Under the pieces are notes generated by a model. It did no database searches. It had not been told where the DNA came from and was given only the letters and a program-made list of their open reading frames with translations. DNA of 63,104 nucleotides, the filler included. It is 7 parts of 7 records of this genome, joined end to end, with 100 filler letters (N's around TTAATTAATTAA, not from the genome) between each part and the next. Parts side by side here need not be neighbours in the genome. Positions count along the whole stretch, not along the records: positions 32,102 to 41,512 come from SRR20825019_2118; positions 41,613 to 50,740 come from SRR20825019_2120; 5 more parts are not named here. One strand, 5' to 3'. The position numbers were made by a program, and so were the translations under genes. Of the stretch, positions 40,140-50,840 are shown piece after piece (positions within the stretch are counted from its first letter, which is position 1; every line of letters starts with the position of its first letter).

Positions 40140-41512
40140 TTAGCGCCCCATATAAACTAAAAGCACGGAAACGTCGTTTGGAGAAACACCACTTATTCGA
40201 GACGCCTGTGAAACTGTTGCAGGTTTAATTTTTGTAAGTTTCTCCCTTGCTTCATAGGAAAGCGATTTTAATTTTGAATAATCAAAAGACGCAGGAATTT
40301 TTAAACCTTCAAGTCTGTTTAATTTATCTGCATTGTTTTTTTCCTTTTGAATATAGCCCGAATATTTTACTTGAATTTCTGCTTGTTGAATAATTTCAGA
40401 ATCAAGTTCGTTATCTGCTATAAAGTTTTTAACGGATTCTATTTTTTGCATATCCTCCATTGTAACTTCTGGACGTGAAAAGAACTTAAATATTTTATCA
40501 CTTTGCGCAACAACAGCAGTATTTCTAGATTCGAAAATAGGATTAATTTCTTCAGTTGAAGCACTTGTATCTTTAAAAAATTGAACGAAGGCAGAAGACT
40601 TTTCTCTTTTTTGTTCCATCTTTTTCATTCGAACATCACCCGCCAAACCAATAGCATGTGCTTTAGGCGTTAAACGAAAATCCGCATTATCCTGTCGTAA
40701 TAATGTGCGGTATTCAGCACGTGAAGTAAACATCCTATATGGCTCTTCAGTTCCTTTTGTAATTAAGTCGTCTATTAATACCCCAATATAAGCTTCGTTA
40801 CGTTGCAGAATAAATGGGTCTTTTTCATATACTTTTAAGTGTGCATTTATTCCAGCCATTAACCCTTGCGATGCTGCTTCCTCATATCCTGTTGTGCCAT
40901 TAATTTGTCCAGCAAAATAAAGACCAGAAACCAACTTTGTTTCAAGTGTATGTTTTAATTGTGTTGGTGGAAAATAATCGTATTCAATAGCATATCCCGG
41001 ACGGAAAAATTTTACATTTTCAAAACCAGCTACTTGACGTAAAGCTTTAAACTGCACATCTTCTGGTAGCGATGTTGAAAAACCATTTATATAATATTCT
41101 ACAGTATCCCAACCTTCAGGCTCAACAAAAAGTTGATGCCTATCTTTATCTGCAAACCGATTAATTTTATCTTCGATGGATGGGCAATATCTAGGCCCAA
41201 GACTTTGTATGGAACCATTAAACATTGGTGAACGATCAAAGCCTTCGCGAAGAATATTGTGAACATCCAGACTAGTATAACTCATGTGGCAAGAACGCTG
41301 TTTCTTAAGAGCACTAGTAGCATCAGAGTACGAGAATTTCTCTGGAATTTCATCGCCAGGTTGCTCAATCATTTTAGAAAAATCTAAAGAGCGACCATCA
41401 ACACGAGGAGGTGTTCCTGTTTTCATTCTACCTGATTCAAAACCTAAATCAACCAAATCTTTTGTTATTCCAGTTGAAGCTTTTTCACCAGCTCTACCTC
41501 CTCCAAATTGTT
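40140..41512 (-). CDS. mnmG: tRNA modification enzyme MnmG/GidA (5' truncated)
   Basis: KTGTPPR, GPRYCPSIEDK, AGQINGTTGYEEAA and EPYRMFTSRAE. Confidence 0.98.
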
Positions 41513-41612
41513 NNNNNNNNNNNNNNNNNNNNNNNNNNNNNNNNNNNNNNNNNNNNTTAATTAATTAANNNNNNNNNNNNNNNNNNNNNNNNNNNNNNNN
41601 NNNNNNNNNNNN
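41513..41612. other. artificial contig spacer
   Basis: N-run, TTAATTAATTAA, N-run. Confidence 0.99.
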
Positions 41613-42282
41613 CGACATGCATATCGGCAGCCAGATCACCGATCTCGAACCTTTCGGCAATGCATTTGGCCTGATGGCCGAACTGGTCACCGAATTGCGC
41701 GCCGATGGCCACCAGATAGAACATATCGATGTCGGGGGCGGCCTTGGCATCCCCTATGATCACGACCAGGAAGCCCCGCCGCACCCCGAAGCCTATGCCG
41801 CCGTGGTGCGCGACAAGGTCGGGCAATTGGGCTGCGCCCTGATCATCGAGCCCGGGCGCCTTTTGGTCGGCAATGCCGGCATTATGGTCACGCGGGTCGA
41901 ATATGTGAAAAAGGGCGACAAGGACTTTGTGATTGTCGACGCCGCGATGAACGACCTGCTGCGACCCACCCTTTACGAGGCGCATCACGACATCCAGCCG
42001 GTCAACCCGTCCAATCTGCCCGTGATCACCGGCGACATCGTTGGCCCGGTCTGCGAAACCGGCGACTACCTCGCCAAGGGCCGCACCATTGCCGGTGTCG
42101 AGGAAGGCGATCTGCTCGCGGTAATGAGCGCTGGTGCCTATGGGGCGGTCATGGCCTCGACCTATAATTCGCGGCCCTTGATCCCCGAAGTGCTGGTCGA
42201 CGGCCCACGCTGGCACGTCATCCGCCCGCGCAAATCGCTCGACGAGCTGATCGCGCTGGACAGCGTGCCTGACTGGGTGTGA
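41613..42282 (+). CDS. lysA: diaminopimelate decarboxylase (5' truncated)
   Basis: HIGSQ, DVGGGLG, EPGR, GPVCETGD and AGAYG..MASTYN. Confidence 0.95.
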
Positions 42283-42288
42283 TGCGGA

Positions 42289-42699
42289 CTACTGCCCCGG
42301 CGACCGCCGCGCCAGAGGCACGACTTCCACCGGTCGGCCATTGAGCGCATCGTCCACCTTGGCCAGGAGATCGGCCAGGGTAAAGGGCTTGGCGATGACA
42401 TCGTAGATCAGGGCGTCGAGCCCATGCGCCCGCTCGCGCTGGTCGGCAAAGCCGGTCATCATCAGAATGGTGACGTCCGGATAGCTGGCCCCAACCTGCA
42501 GGGCGAGCGCAATTCCATCCATGACCGGCATCTTGATGTCGGTCAGCAGCAGGTCGAAACGGCCCGCCTCTGCCTCCATGGTTTCGGCGGCCAGCCCACC
42601 ATCGTCTTCGGCCACCACCTCATGGCCCTTCATGGTGAGGGCACTGACAACAAAGGCGCGAACAGACGGATCGTCTTCGGCAACGAGGATGCGAGCCAT
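42289..42699 (-). CDS. single-domain response regulator, CpdR-like
   Basis: MARILVAEDD, LLLTDIKMPVMDG, MTGF and KPF; GGAG RBS. Confidence 0.88.
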   Translation of the reverse strand: MARILVAEDDPSVRAFVVSALTMKGHEVVAEDDGGLAAETMEAEAGRFDLLLTDIKMPVMDGIALALQVGASYPDVTILMMTGFADQRERAHGLDALIYDVIAKPFTLADLLAKVDDALNGRPVEVVPLARRSPGQ

Positions 42700-42709
42700 G
42701 ATTGCTCTC

Positions 42710-43624
42710 CTAGTGTTGGCCACTGGCGGCCGGGGCCGCATGTGTCTCTGCGGCCGGAGCCGCTGTTGTTTCCGGAGCAGGCGCCGCCTGGCCCTGCATA
42801 GTCTGTTGCGAACCATTGCCGCGCCCACCTGCGATGCCCGACTGCCCGGCAAAGCTCAGGCGCACACGCACCGCCTCGCTGGGCGGCAATGACAGTCTGG
42901 TATCGAAAGTCGCGCGTTCTCCGGCCATCAGATCCCGCACCCGTGGCGAAACGCTCCATTCATAGACCGCCTGCCCGGTCTCATCGAGCAGGCTGACCAC
43001 GACCGGCGGCACGGCGACAGGATTGTTGGATTGACCCACGATCTGCGCCGAAACGGTCAGAACGTCATTGCCGCCCGAGAGCGCCTTGAGCGTTTCGAGA
43101 TCGGCAAAGTCGAGGCCCACCACATTGACCCCCAGGCCGATGGACTCATATAGCCCCGCCAGATCCGGATAGCGTTCCACGATCGGCACGCGCCAGAAAT
43201 AGGCGCCGCCGACAATGCCGGCCAGCAGGACCACACCGGCAATCCGGGCGCCGCGCCGCAAGCGAGCCAGTGGCAGGCGTGAGGTCATGGCGTTCTGGCG
43301 GCGGGAGAATTCCTGCTGCCGCTTCTTCAATTCGGCCGGATCGATGCCCTCCGCCAGGCCATTGAGCGGCGGCGGACTGGCGGTGGGCCGTTTGGCAGCC
43401 ACCGTCTTTTCCTCGGCGCTCATCGCCTCGTCCAGCGCGTCTTCGGCCATGGCGTCGAACAGCGCGTCGGTCTCATCATCCGCGGGCCGTTGAGACGCTT
43501 CGGACTGCGCGCCCTGGTTCCAGGCCTGATGGCAATGCGCGCACTGCACCTTGCGACCTGCCGAGCCAATGGCCTCATAGGTCACCTGATATTTGGTCTG
43601 GCAATGCGGGCAGGTGATGATCAT
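42710..43624 (-). CDS. MJ0042-type zinc-finger/DUF3426-like membrane protein
   Basis: MIITCPHCQTKY...VQCAHC, one TM segment, periplasmic domain; divergent from ftsE. Confidence 0.85.
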   Translation of the reverse strand: MIITCPHCQTKYQVTYEAIGSAGRKVQCAHCHQAWNQGAQSEASQRPADDETDALFDAMAEDALDEAMSAEEKTVAAKRPTASPPPLNGLAEGIDPAELKKRQQEFSRRQNAMTSRLPLARLRRGARIAGVVLLAGIVGGAYFWRVPIVERYPDLAGLYESIGLGVNVVGLDFADLETLKALSGGNDVLTVSAQIVGQSNNPVAVPPVVVSLLDETGQAVYEWSVSPRVRDLMAGERATFDTRLSLPPSEAVRVRLSFAGQSGIAGGRGNGSQQTMQGQAAPAPETTAAPAAETHAAPAASGQH

Positions 43625-43833
43625 CAGGCGCGCGGGTTTCCGGTCGGGTGTGCGACCCTATCCCTTGCGGGGTTAAAACTCCTCAAACCGCACCCATCAC
43701 CAAAATTGTGCCGCTTTCCCCCGGCCAATGAGCCCCGCATGCCGCGTGGACGGGGTCGCGCTGCTATGATGGGCTAAAGCTGATTCGCTTTTGCACCGCT
43801 TTTTATTGCCCGATGACCCGGGAGCACTGCTTC

Positions 43834-44496
43834 TTGATCGAATTTTCCGATGTGGGCCTGCGCTATGGCAATGGCCCTGAAATTCTCAAAGACCTGACCT
43901 TTTCGATCGAGCCGGGCTCGTTCCATTTTCTGACCGGCCCGTCCGGCGCCGGAAAGACCAGCCTGCTGCGCCTGCTGCTGCTGTCCAACAAGCCCAGCCG
44001 CGGCAAGGTGACCATGTTCGGCGAGGATGTGGGCAATCTCGACCAGGACCGCCTGCTGCAGATGCGTCGCCATATCGGCATCGTGTTCCAGGAATTCCGC
44101 CTGCTGGACCATCTGACCACTTTCGAGAACGTCGCCCTGCCGCTGCGCGTATTGGGGCAACCGGAAAGCGAGTACCGGCCCAATGTTATCGAACTGCTCG
44201 AATGGGTGGGCCTGGGCGAACGCATGCACGCTTTGCCCACCCTGCTTTCAGGCGGTGAAAAGCAACGCGCCGCCATTGCCCGCGCCGTTATTGCCCGGCC
44301 CAAGGTCCTGCTGGCCGACGAGCCGACCGGCAATGTCGACCCCGATCTCTCGAGCCGCCTCGTCCATCTGTTTGCCGAGCTCAACCGCACGCTGGGGACC
44401 ACCATCATTCTGGCCACCCATGAATTGCCGCTGCTAGACCGCTTCCCCTATCCCCGCATGGTGCTGAACAAGGGGGAGTTGACCATCCATGATTAG
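43834..44496 (+). CDS. ftsE: cell division ATPase FtsE
   Basis: GPSGAGKT, LSGGEKQR and LLADEPTGN; TTG start with GGGAG RBS (ATG 43813 possible). Confidence 0.93.
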   Translation: MIEFSDVGLRYGNGPEILKDLTFSIEPGSFHFLTGPSGAGKTSLLRLLLLSNKPSRGKVTMFGEDVGNLDQDRLLQMRRHIGIVFQEFRLLDHLTTFENVALPLRVLGQPESEYRPNVIELLEWVGLGERMHALPTLLSGGEKQRAAIARAVIARPKVLLADEPTGNVDPDLSSRLVHLFAELNRTLGTTIILATHELPLLDRFPYPRMVLNKGELTIHD

Positions 44497-45418
44497 GCAA
44501 TTGCTCGCCCTGCTGCCGCGCCGTGGCGGCGCCGCACCCATTGTTCCCGAACGAAGCGTTGCGGGTCGCACCTTGCTGCTGCTTGTCACCATCATGGCCT
44601 TTCTTTCGGCGGTGACCCTGGGCGGCGTGGTCCTGGTGCAGAAATCAGCCATCGCCTGGTCGGCCGATGTGGGCCGGGAACTGACCATCCAGATCCGCCC
44701 GGCCGAAGGCGAGGTGATGGAATCCAATCTGCGCACCGCAGTTTCCCTGGCCCAGTCGACCCCCGGCGTGGCCAGTGCCAGGGCTCTCAGCATCGAGGAA
44801 AGCCAGGCCCTGCTCGAACCCTGGCTGGGCGCCGGGCTCGACCTGTCGGTCATTGCCATTCCGCGCCTGGTCGTCGTGCAGCTTTCCGATCCGGTCGATG
44901 CCGATGTCGCGCAGTTGCAGCGCAATCTCAGCGCTATCAACGGCGCGAGCCTGGACACCCACGCCGCATGGCGACAACAGCTCAACACCATGGCTGGCAC
45001 GGTCGTGCTCTCGGGCCTGCTGGTGCTCGGCCTGATTGGCGTGGCTACCGTTTTGGCGATCATCTTTGCCACCCGCGGTGCCATGGCGACCAATCGGGAA
45101 ATTGTCGATGTCCTCCACTTCATCGGCGCCTCCAACAAATTCATTGCGGGAGAATTCCAGGGACGCTTCCTTTCCATCGGCCTGCAGGGCGGGTTCCTGG
45201 GCGCGCTGTTCGCCATCCTGTTCTTTCTCCTGATCGGCATGGCCGCCGGCAGCGTCTTGCCCAGCGAAGCGACGGCCCAGGTCGGTGTGCTGTTCGGGCA
45301 ATTCCTGCTTGGCTGGGACGGCATGGCCTTCATTCTGGCTGTCGTGCCGGTGATTGCCGTGCTCACCGCCATCACCTCGCGCATGACGGTGCGGCGCTAT
45401 CTGAGCGAAGCCTCTTGA
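44489..45418 (+). CDS. ftsX: cell division permease FtsX
   Basis: Overlaps ftsE; four TM segments; VLHFIGA motif. Confidence 0.9.
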   Translation: MIRQLLALLPRRGGAAPIVPERSVAGRTLLLLVTIMAFLSAVTLGGVVLVQKSAIAWSADVGRELTIQIRPAEGEVMESNLRTAVSLAQSTPGVASARALSIEESQALLEPWLGAGLDLSVIAIPRLVVVQLSDPVDADVAQLQRNLSAINGASLDTHAAWRQQLNTMAGTVVLSGLLVLGLIGVATVLAIIFATRGAMATNREIVDVLHFIGASNKFIAGEFQGRFLSIGLQGGFLGALFAILFFLLIGMAAGSVLPSEATAQVGVLFGQFLLGWDGMAFILAVVPVIAVLTAITSRMTVRRYLSEAS

Positions 45419-45487
45419 TCCCCTGCCCTCGCCAATCGCGTTCAGCCCCGCTATGACGGGTTGAGTGCCGGCAAGGCGGGGGAGAAT

Positions 45488-46300
45488 ATGTCGATCAAGG
45501 CCGCAATACAGGCGATCCGCACCGCGATCTTTTACGCGGTGTTCATCGGGCAAACCGCGCTTCTGGCCATTACGGCCGGAAGTGTGGGGGTCATTTTCGG
45601 CACCACTCCCTTCGGACAGGCCATTTCGCGCTATTGGTGCTGGTCCAATGTGCTGTTCCTGCGTGTCCTGACCGGCATGGGCACCCATGTCGAGGGTGAC
45701 GAGAACATCCCGCCCGGCGGCTGCATCATCGCCTCCAAGCACCAGTCCGACTGGGACATTTTTGCGATCTTTCCCCATACCGGACGACCGGCCTATGTGG
45801 CCAAGAAGGAATTGATGCGCATCCCCTTTTTCGGCTGGGCCGCGCGTTCGCTCGACTGCATCGAGATCGACCGCCAGAAGGGCGCCCAGGCGATTCCCGC
45901 CATGATCAGTCAGGCGCGCGATGCCATCGACCGGGGATGCCGGATCGTCATCTATCCCGAGGGGACCCGCAGGGCCGCTTTGGCGCCGCCCGACTATCGC
46001 CAGGGCATTGTGCGCATGTACACCTCCCTCAATGTGCCGGTCGTGCCCGTGGCGCTCAATTCCGGCCTGTTCTGGGGCCGCAACAGCCTGGTCATCTGGC
46101 CCGGAACCGCGCGCGCCCGTTTCCTGCCCCCGATCGAGCCGGGACTGGCTCCGGACGTGTTCCTGCAGCGCCTGAAGCAGGCCATCGAGCCCGAATCCAC
46201 CCGGCTGACCCTCGAAGCCATCGACCAGGGCATCGGACGCCCGCCGGATGGGAAGCTGCAAGAGCGTGTGGACGCCCTGCGCGAGCCCCAAGAACACTAG
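45488..46300 (+). CDS. plsC: 1-acyl-sn-glycerol-3-phosphate acyltransferase
   Basis: KHQSDWD, AKKEL and YPEGTR. Confidence 0.9.
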   Translation: MSIKAAIQAIRTAIFYAVFIGQTALLAITAGSVGVIFGTTPFGQAISRYWCWSNVLFLRVLTGMGTHVEGDENIPPGGCIIASKHQSDWDIFAIFPHTGRPAYVAKKELMRIPFFGWAARSLDCIEIDRQKGAQAIPAMISQARDAIDRGCRIVIYPEGTRRAALAPPDYRQGIVRMYTSLNVPVVPVALNSGLFWGRNSLVIWPGTARARFLPPIEPGLAPDVFLQRLKQAIEPESTRLTLEAIDQGIGRPPDGKLQERVDALREPQEH

Positions 46301-46375
46301 ATATTGACGATTGCGACGAACCAAACCATAGATATAGCGTCAGTGCCAGGCAGCGCTTGACGGTCGATACAATTT

Positions 46376-46390
46376 GTTCTAACTTTGTTC
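46376..46390 (+). promoter_or_regulatory. alphaproteobacterial LexA (SOS) box
   Basis: GTTC-TAACTTT-GTTC (GTTC-N7-GTTC), downstream of TTGACG at 46357. Confidence 0.75.
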
Positions 46391-46417
46391 TTCTTCTGGG
46401 GACGCAGGGGAACGTCA

Positions 46418-46759
46418 ATGATGCTCTCGGGCAATACGCATAGAATGGGTGGTGACCGGGCCAATGTGGTGCATTGGCAGGGCCATTCGGGCCGCGACTA
46501 TGGCCTCCGGCCCCGGGCGTTGGACAAGTTCGCCATGGAAGATGCCGAGCTCTATCTCATTGCCAAGGGCAGTCATGTGCTCTGGGTGGGCTCGACCCAG
46601 GATCTGGTCGCCGATCCGATGAGCCGTACGCGGTTTCGGCTGGCGCTCGATTGCGCCACCAATGTGTTCAGCCTGGCAGCGCCGGAAAATCGCCTGGCCA
46701 CCATCTGGGACCTCGAGCAGGCTGCCCCCACCACTGCACCGGTTGCTCAGGCCGCCTGA
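46418..46759 (+). CDS. small hypothetical protein, possibly degenerate GIY-YIG-like
   Basis: AGGGGA RBS; HWQGHSGRDY, LYLI and VLWVGS; ends APVAQAA. Confidence 0.75.
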   Translation: MMLSGNTHRMGGDRANVVHWQGHSGRDYGLRPRALDKFAMEDAELYLIAKGSHVLWVGSTQDLVADPMSRTRFRLALDCATNVFSLAAPENRLATIWDLEQAAPTTAPVAQAA

Positions 46760-47331
46760 CCCGTCCCCGCGCCGGGCAGGCCTTCAGCCTCCAATTGCCG
46801 CGCCAGGCGCATCAGAGCCTGATCCTTGATGCCCAATTGGGTCAAATGGTGAGCGGTGTTGAGCACATAATCGACATTGCGGCCGGAAATCCCGACCCCT
46901 GCGCGGATCATCGCCACCTGCTCCTCAAGGCTCAATTGGCCGGCAAATTGCTCATGGCTTTCGTCCACCACGTAAGTCAGTGCCCTGACCCGGCGGCCAT
47001 CAGCCAGCGTCACCGGCCGCCAGACATCACGGTAAACTGCCGTCACAAGTTCACGCGCATCGAGATAGGCACGCACCTCTGCCCAGGCCTTGGCACAGAC
47101 TTCAAACGCCATGCCCCGGCACGATCCGCCGCGTGTCAACCCGAAGACCAGGCCAGGCACATCCCGTGTGCCCCGATGATGGTGCGATATGATCGAAAGC
47201 GAGCGATGCGCCCCACGCAACAGCCCCAATTGAGCGCCGAGAAACGAAAAGCCGGGGTTCCAGATCAGCGATCCATAGCCAAAAACCCAGTGCGTCTTCT
47301 CCGACGCTTCGAAATCTCGTTCATTCGCCAT
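46747..47331 (-). CDS. chaC: gamma-glutamylcyclotransferase ChaC family
   Basis: WVFGYGSLIW, HRGT..PGLVFGL and LDARE. Confidence 0.93.
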   Translation of the reverse strand: MANERDFEASEKTHWVFGYGSLIWNPGFSFLGAQLGLLRGAHRSLSIISHHHRGTRDVPGLVFGLTRGGSCRGMAFEVCAKAWAEVRAYLDARELVTAVYRDVWRPVTLADGRRVRALTYVVDESHEQFAGQLSLEEQVAMIRAGVGISGRNVDYVLNTAHHLTQLGIKDQALMRLARQLEAEGLPGAGTGQAA

Positions 47332-47482
47332 AGCGCAACCACTTTCCCCATTAGGCTAGCGACACCAATCAACCCGGACAAGGCCATCCTAAACCCGTCT
47401 GACCACACGGGGATATGTGGCGTCTCATCAACGCAATGCAAACCCGCTTCTGACAAGACCGCAGCAAGGATATGAAGAGGCC

Positions 47483-48454
47483 ATGAAAAAGCGAATCATC
47501 ATCCTAGGCAGTCTTGTCCTGCTCGTTGTCATGGCCTGGACCGGCGCCTGGTTCTTCATCGCCGGCCAGTTGCGCCAGCAGATCGAGCTCCAGGCATTGG
47601 CCGATGGCGAGACCGCCCCGCAACTGGTCTGCGGCGGCCTCGACATTGGCGGCTTCCCGTTCCGCTTCGATGTCGAATGCGCCACCGCCTCGCTGGTCTC
47701 GGGCGACCTGCTGGTCGAAATCCCCTATATGCGGGCCAGCGCCATGGCCTATCGGCCCAACCACTTGCTCGGCGCCGCCACCGGCCCCATTGCCATCTCC
47801 GACGCTTTCACCGGCACCCGCCAGGAGGTGAACTGGACCGGGAGTGAAGCCAGCCTCAGGATCGAAGACTGGCGCATCGCCCGGCTCTCCATCATCGCCG
47901 ATGGCGTCACCTGGACCGACCAGCTTTTCGGCGACACGCTGATCGCCGAGGCCGGCCATATCGAGGCCCATCTGCTCGACATGCCCGAGATGCACGACGG
48001 GGGGGCCGGTCGCGCCGCCCTCGCGGGCTATTTGCGGGCCGAGGCGCTGTCGGCTCCCGGCATTGAACTGGGCAATGCCAATGCCGAAATCGAGCTTGAA
48101 GTGACCGCCCTGCCCGATGACATCCGCAATTGGGGTGCTGTGCCCATTCTACCCGACTGGCAACAGGCCGGAGGTAAATTGCGCATCGTGGGCATCCGCG
48201 CCAATGACGGCAGCGCCGATCTGAACGCCACAGGCGAACTGGCGCTCGATGCCCAGGGCTACCCGACCGGGTCGATCAGCATCGATTCCCTGGGCGTTGC
48301 CGAGCGCATCGGCCCCTATCTCGAAGAACCCTGGCGCACTCTGGTGCTGGGCGTGCCTGGCGAGACCGGCCGGCACAGCAACCAGCTCAATTTCGCCGGC
48401 GGGGGCATTTCTTCCGGACTGGTGCCGATCGCCGCACTGGCGCCGTTGTTCTGA
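47483..48454 (+). CDS. DUF2125-like membrane-anchored protein
   Basis: N-terminal TM (WTGAWF); C...IGGFPFRF motif; divergent from chaC. Confidence 0.8.
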   Translation: MKKRIIILGSLVLLVVMAWTGAWFFIAGQLRQQIELQALADGETAPQLVCGGLDIGGFPFRFDVECATASLVSGDLLVEIPYMRASAMAYRPNHLLGAATGPIAISDAFTGTRQEVNWTGSEASLRIEDWRIARLSIIADGVTWTDQLFGDTLIAEAGHIEAHLLDMPEMHDGGAGRAALAGYLRAEALSAPGIELGNANAEIELEVTALPDDIRNWGAVPILPDWQQAGGKLRIVGIRANDGSADLNATGELALDAQGYPTGSISIDSLGVAERIGPYLEEPWRTLVLGVPGETGRHSNQLNFAGGGISSGLVPIAALAPLF

Positions 48455-48540
48455 GGGACGGGCCAGCCACTCGAGCATAGCTCTCATGGCCTTGAGCCCT
48501 CAAATCTCCCCACTGGGGAGATTTGCCCTATGGGACGGGC

Positions 48541-49512
48541 TCAAGCATCATCTCCGCCGCCGTGTTCGCGCACAAAAGGCACGTCCGGGGTGGGCGGGGT
48601 TTCATGCGGACGCCCGAAATCGGGGGCCGCGGTTTCCTGGCCGGCATCGATGACCGAGCGGCGGATGGCCCGGGTACGGGTGAACATGGTTTCAAGCGCG
48701 GCGCCATCCCCATTGCGCACCGCGCGCTGCAGCACCGAAAGATCCTCGCTGAACCGTCCCAGCATTTCGAGCACCGCATCCTTGTTGGTCAGGAACACGT
48801 CGCGCCACATCACCGGGTCGGAAGCGGCGATACGGGTGAAATCGCGAAAGCCCGAAGCCGAGAACTTGATCACTTCCGACTGGGTCGCCGCTTCAAGGTC
48901 AGCCACCGTGCCCACGATGTTGTAAGCCACCAGATGCGGAATATGGCTGGTAATGGCCAGCACCATGTCGTGATGGGCCGCATCCATGCATTCGACCATC
49001 GACCCCATCGCTTCCCAGAAGCGCACGAGCCTGTCCGTATCGGCTTGCGGCACCCCCTCGGTGGGGGTGAGGACGCACCAGCGTCCGGCAAACAATTCGG
49101 CAAAGCCCGCCGCGGGCCCCGAATGCTCCGTGCCGGCAATGGGGTGGCCGGGAATGAAGCTGACCCCCTGGGGCACATGCGGCCCGACCACGCGAACCAC
49201 ATGTTCCTTGACCGAACCGACATCAGAGAGGATCGCGCCGGGTTCGAGATGCGGCCCGATAGCCTCGGCCAGCGCCGCATAGGCGCCGACCGGGGCGCAG
49301 AGAATGACAAGGTCCGCGCCCCGCACGGCTTCTGCCGCATCGAGCGTATAAATGTCGCCCAGACCCAGCTCGCGCGCCTCGTCCAGCGTTTCCTGGCGGC
49401 GGGTGGCAATGGAAATGACTTCCACCAGCCCCTGCCGCCGCGCGGCCAGGGCAATCGAAGAGCCGATCAGGCCAATGCCGATCAGCGCCAGCTTCTTGAA
49501 ATGCACGCTCAT
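48541..49512 (-). CDS. tyrA: prephenate/arogenate (cyclohexadienyl) dehydrogenase
   Basis: GIGLIGSS, DVGSVK, HPIAGTE, SHIPH and GFRDFTRIA; coupled to hisC. Confidence 0.95.
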   Translation of the reverse strand: MSVHFKKLALIGIGLIGSSIALAARRQGLVEVISIATRRQETLDEARELGLGDIYTLDAAEAVRGADLVILCAPVGAYAALAEAIGPHLEPGAILSDVGSVKEHVVRVVGPHVPQGVSFIPGHPIAGTEHSGPAAGFAELFAGRWCVLTPTEGVPQADTDRLVRFWEAMGSMVECMDAAHHDMVLAITSHIPHLVAYNIVGTVADLEAATQSEVIKFSASGFRDFTRIAASDPVMWRDVFLTNKDAVLEMLGRFSEDLSVLQRAVRNGDGAALETMFTRTRAIRRSVIDAGQETAAPDFGRPHETPPTPDVPFVREHGGGDDA

Positions 49513-50603
49513 TGGGTCTGGTCCATGGAATTGAGCACTTTGGCGACGCCGCGCATGGCCTCTTCCGAGCCGATGGAGATGCGCAGCCCATTGTCGATGC
49601 CGTAGGAGGCGCCGATTTCACGCACGATATAGCCGGCATCGGCCAGGGCGGCGAAGGCCGCAGACGCCGTTTCGGGCGTATCGAACAGCACCATGACGAA
49701 ATTGGCCTGGCTGGGCACGACGCGCATGCGATTGCCGGCAAGTTCTGCGCTCAGCCAGTCGCGCCATTGCGCATTATGCGCCTTGAGCCTTGCGTTGAAT
49801 TCGACGTCGCGGGTGGCAGCGGCCCCAGCCATCTGCGCCGGCAGATTGACATTGAACGGCCCGCGAATGCGGTTGATGGCATCCACGACAGGATCAGGGC
49901 CAACCATCCAGCCGATCCGGGCGGCGGCCAGGCCCATTTTGGAAAAGGTGCGCACCATCACGACATTCTCGTGGGTCCGCGCCAGGTCCAGGCCCACCTC
50001 GAAATCATCGGCCGTGACATATTCGGCATAGGCATTGTCGATGACCAGCAGGATATCGGGCCGGAGGCCGGCATGCAGCCGCCGCACCTCGGCAGCGTTG
50101 AGATAGGTGCCGGTGGGATTATTGGGATTGGCCAGCCAGACCACCTTGGTGCGCGCGGTCACGGCAGCCAGCAAGGCATCGACATCGGCCCGGTAGTCGG
50201 TCTCCTCGACCATGACAATATCGGCGCCGGCCGCCCTGGTGATGATCGGATAGACCGAAAAACCGAACCGGTTCATCACGGCTTCGTCGCCGATCCCCAG
50301 ATAGGTCTGGGCCAGCAGGTGCAGCAGGTCGTCCGAGCCATTGCCGCAGACAATGTCATTGGGATCGATGCCATGCACCTCACCCAGCGCTTCGCGCAGC
50401 ACCCGCGACGAGCCTTCGGGATAGATCTCGAGCCTGGCCGCGCCCTCGAGCATGGCGGCAAGGGCCTTGGGGCTGGCTCCGAGCGGGGACTCATTGGCCG
50501 ACAGCTTGATGCTCTGGCTGCCCGGCGCGCCGGACTTGCCCGGCAGATAGGGCGCAATATCAAGAATGCCGGGCTGAGGAATGGGACGGTTCGGTTCGGA
50601 CAT
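49509..50603 (-). CDS. hisC: histidinol-phosphate aminotransferase
   Basis: KLSANE, GNGSD, NPNNPTG, D.AY.EY and RTFSK. Confidence 0.95.
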   Translation of the reverse strand: MSEPNRPIPQPGILDIAPYLPGKSGAPGSQSIKLSANESPLGASPKALAAMLEGAARLEIYPEGSSRVLREALGEVHGIDPNDIVCGNGSDDLLHLLAQTYLGIGDEAVMNRFGFSVYPIITRAAGADIVMVEETDYRADVDALLAAVTARTKVVWLANPNNPTGTYLNAAEVRRLHAGLRPDILLVIDNAYAEYVTADDFEVGLDLARTHENVVMVRTFSKMGLAAARIGWMVGPDPVVDAINRIRGPFNVNLPAQMAGAAATRDVEFNARLKAHNAQWRDWLSAELAGNRMRVVPSQANFVMVLFDTPETASAAFAALADAGYIVREIGASYGIDNGLRISIGSEEAMRGVAKVLNSMDQTQ

Positions 50604-50740
50604 GAGATTGTTCAACAAGGCAGGAAAACCCGCGCGGACCATAGGCAAAGCCATGGCCAAAGGCAAAGCCTCTCTGGAGCGGCCAACACCAATTGCCGCC
50701 CGGCCCATTTGGCGTCGCGGATGTGAAAACAGAGCGGAAT

Positions 50741-50840
50741 NNNNNNNNNNNNNNNNNNNNNNNNNNNNNNNNNNNNNNNNNNNNTTAATTAATTAANNNN
50801 NNNNNNNNNNNNNNNNNNNNNNNNNNNNNNNNNNNNNNNN
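50741..50840. other. artificial contig spacer
   Basis: N-run, TTAATTAATTAA, N-run. Confidence 0.99.
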
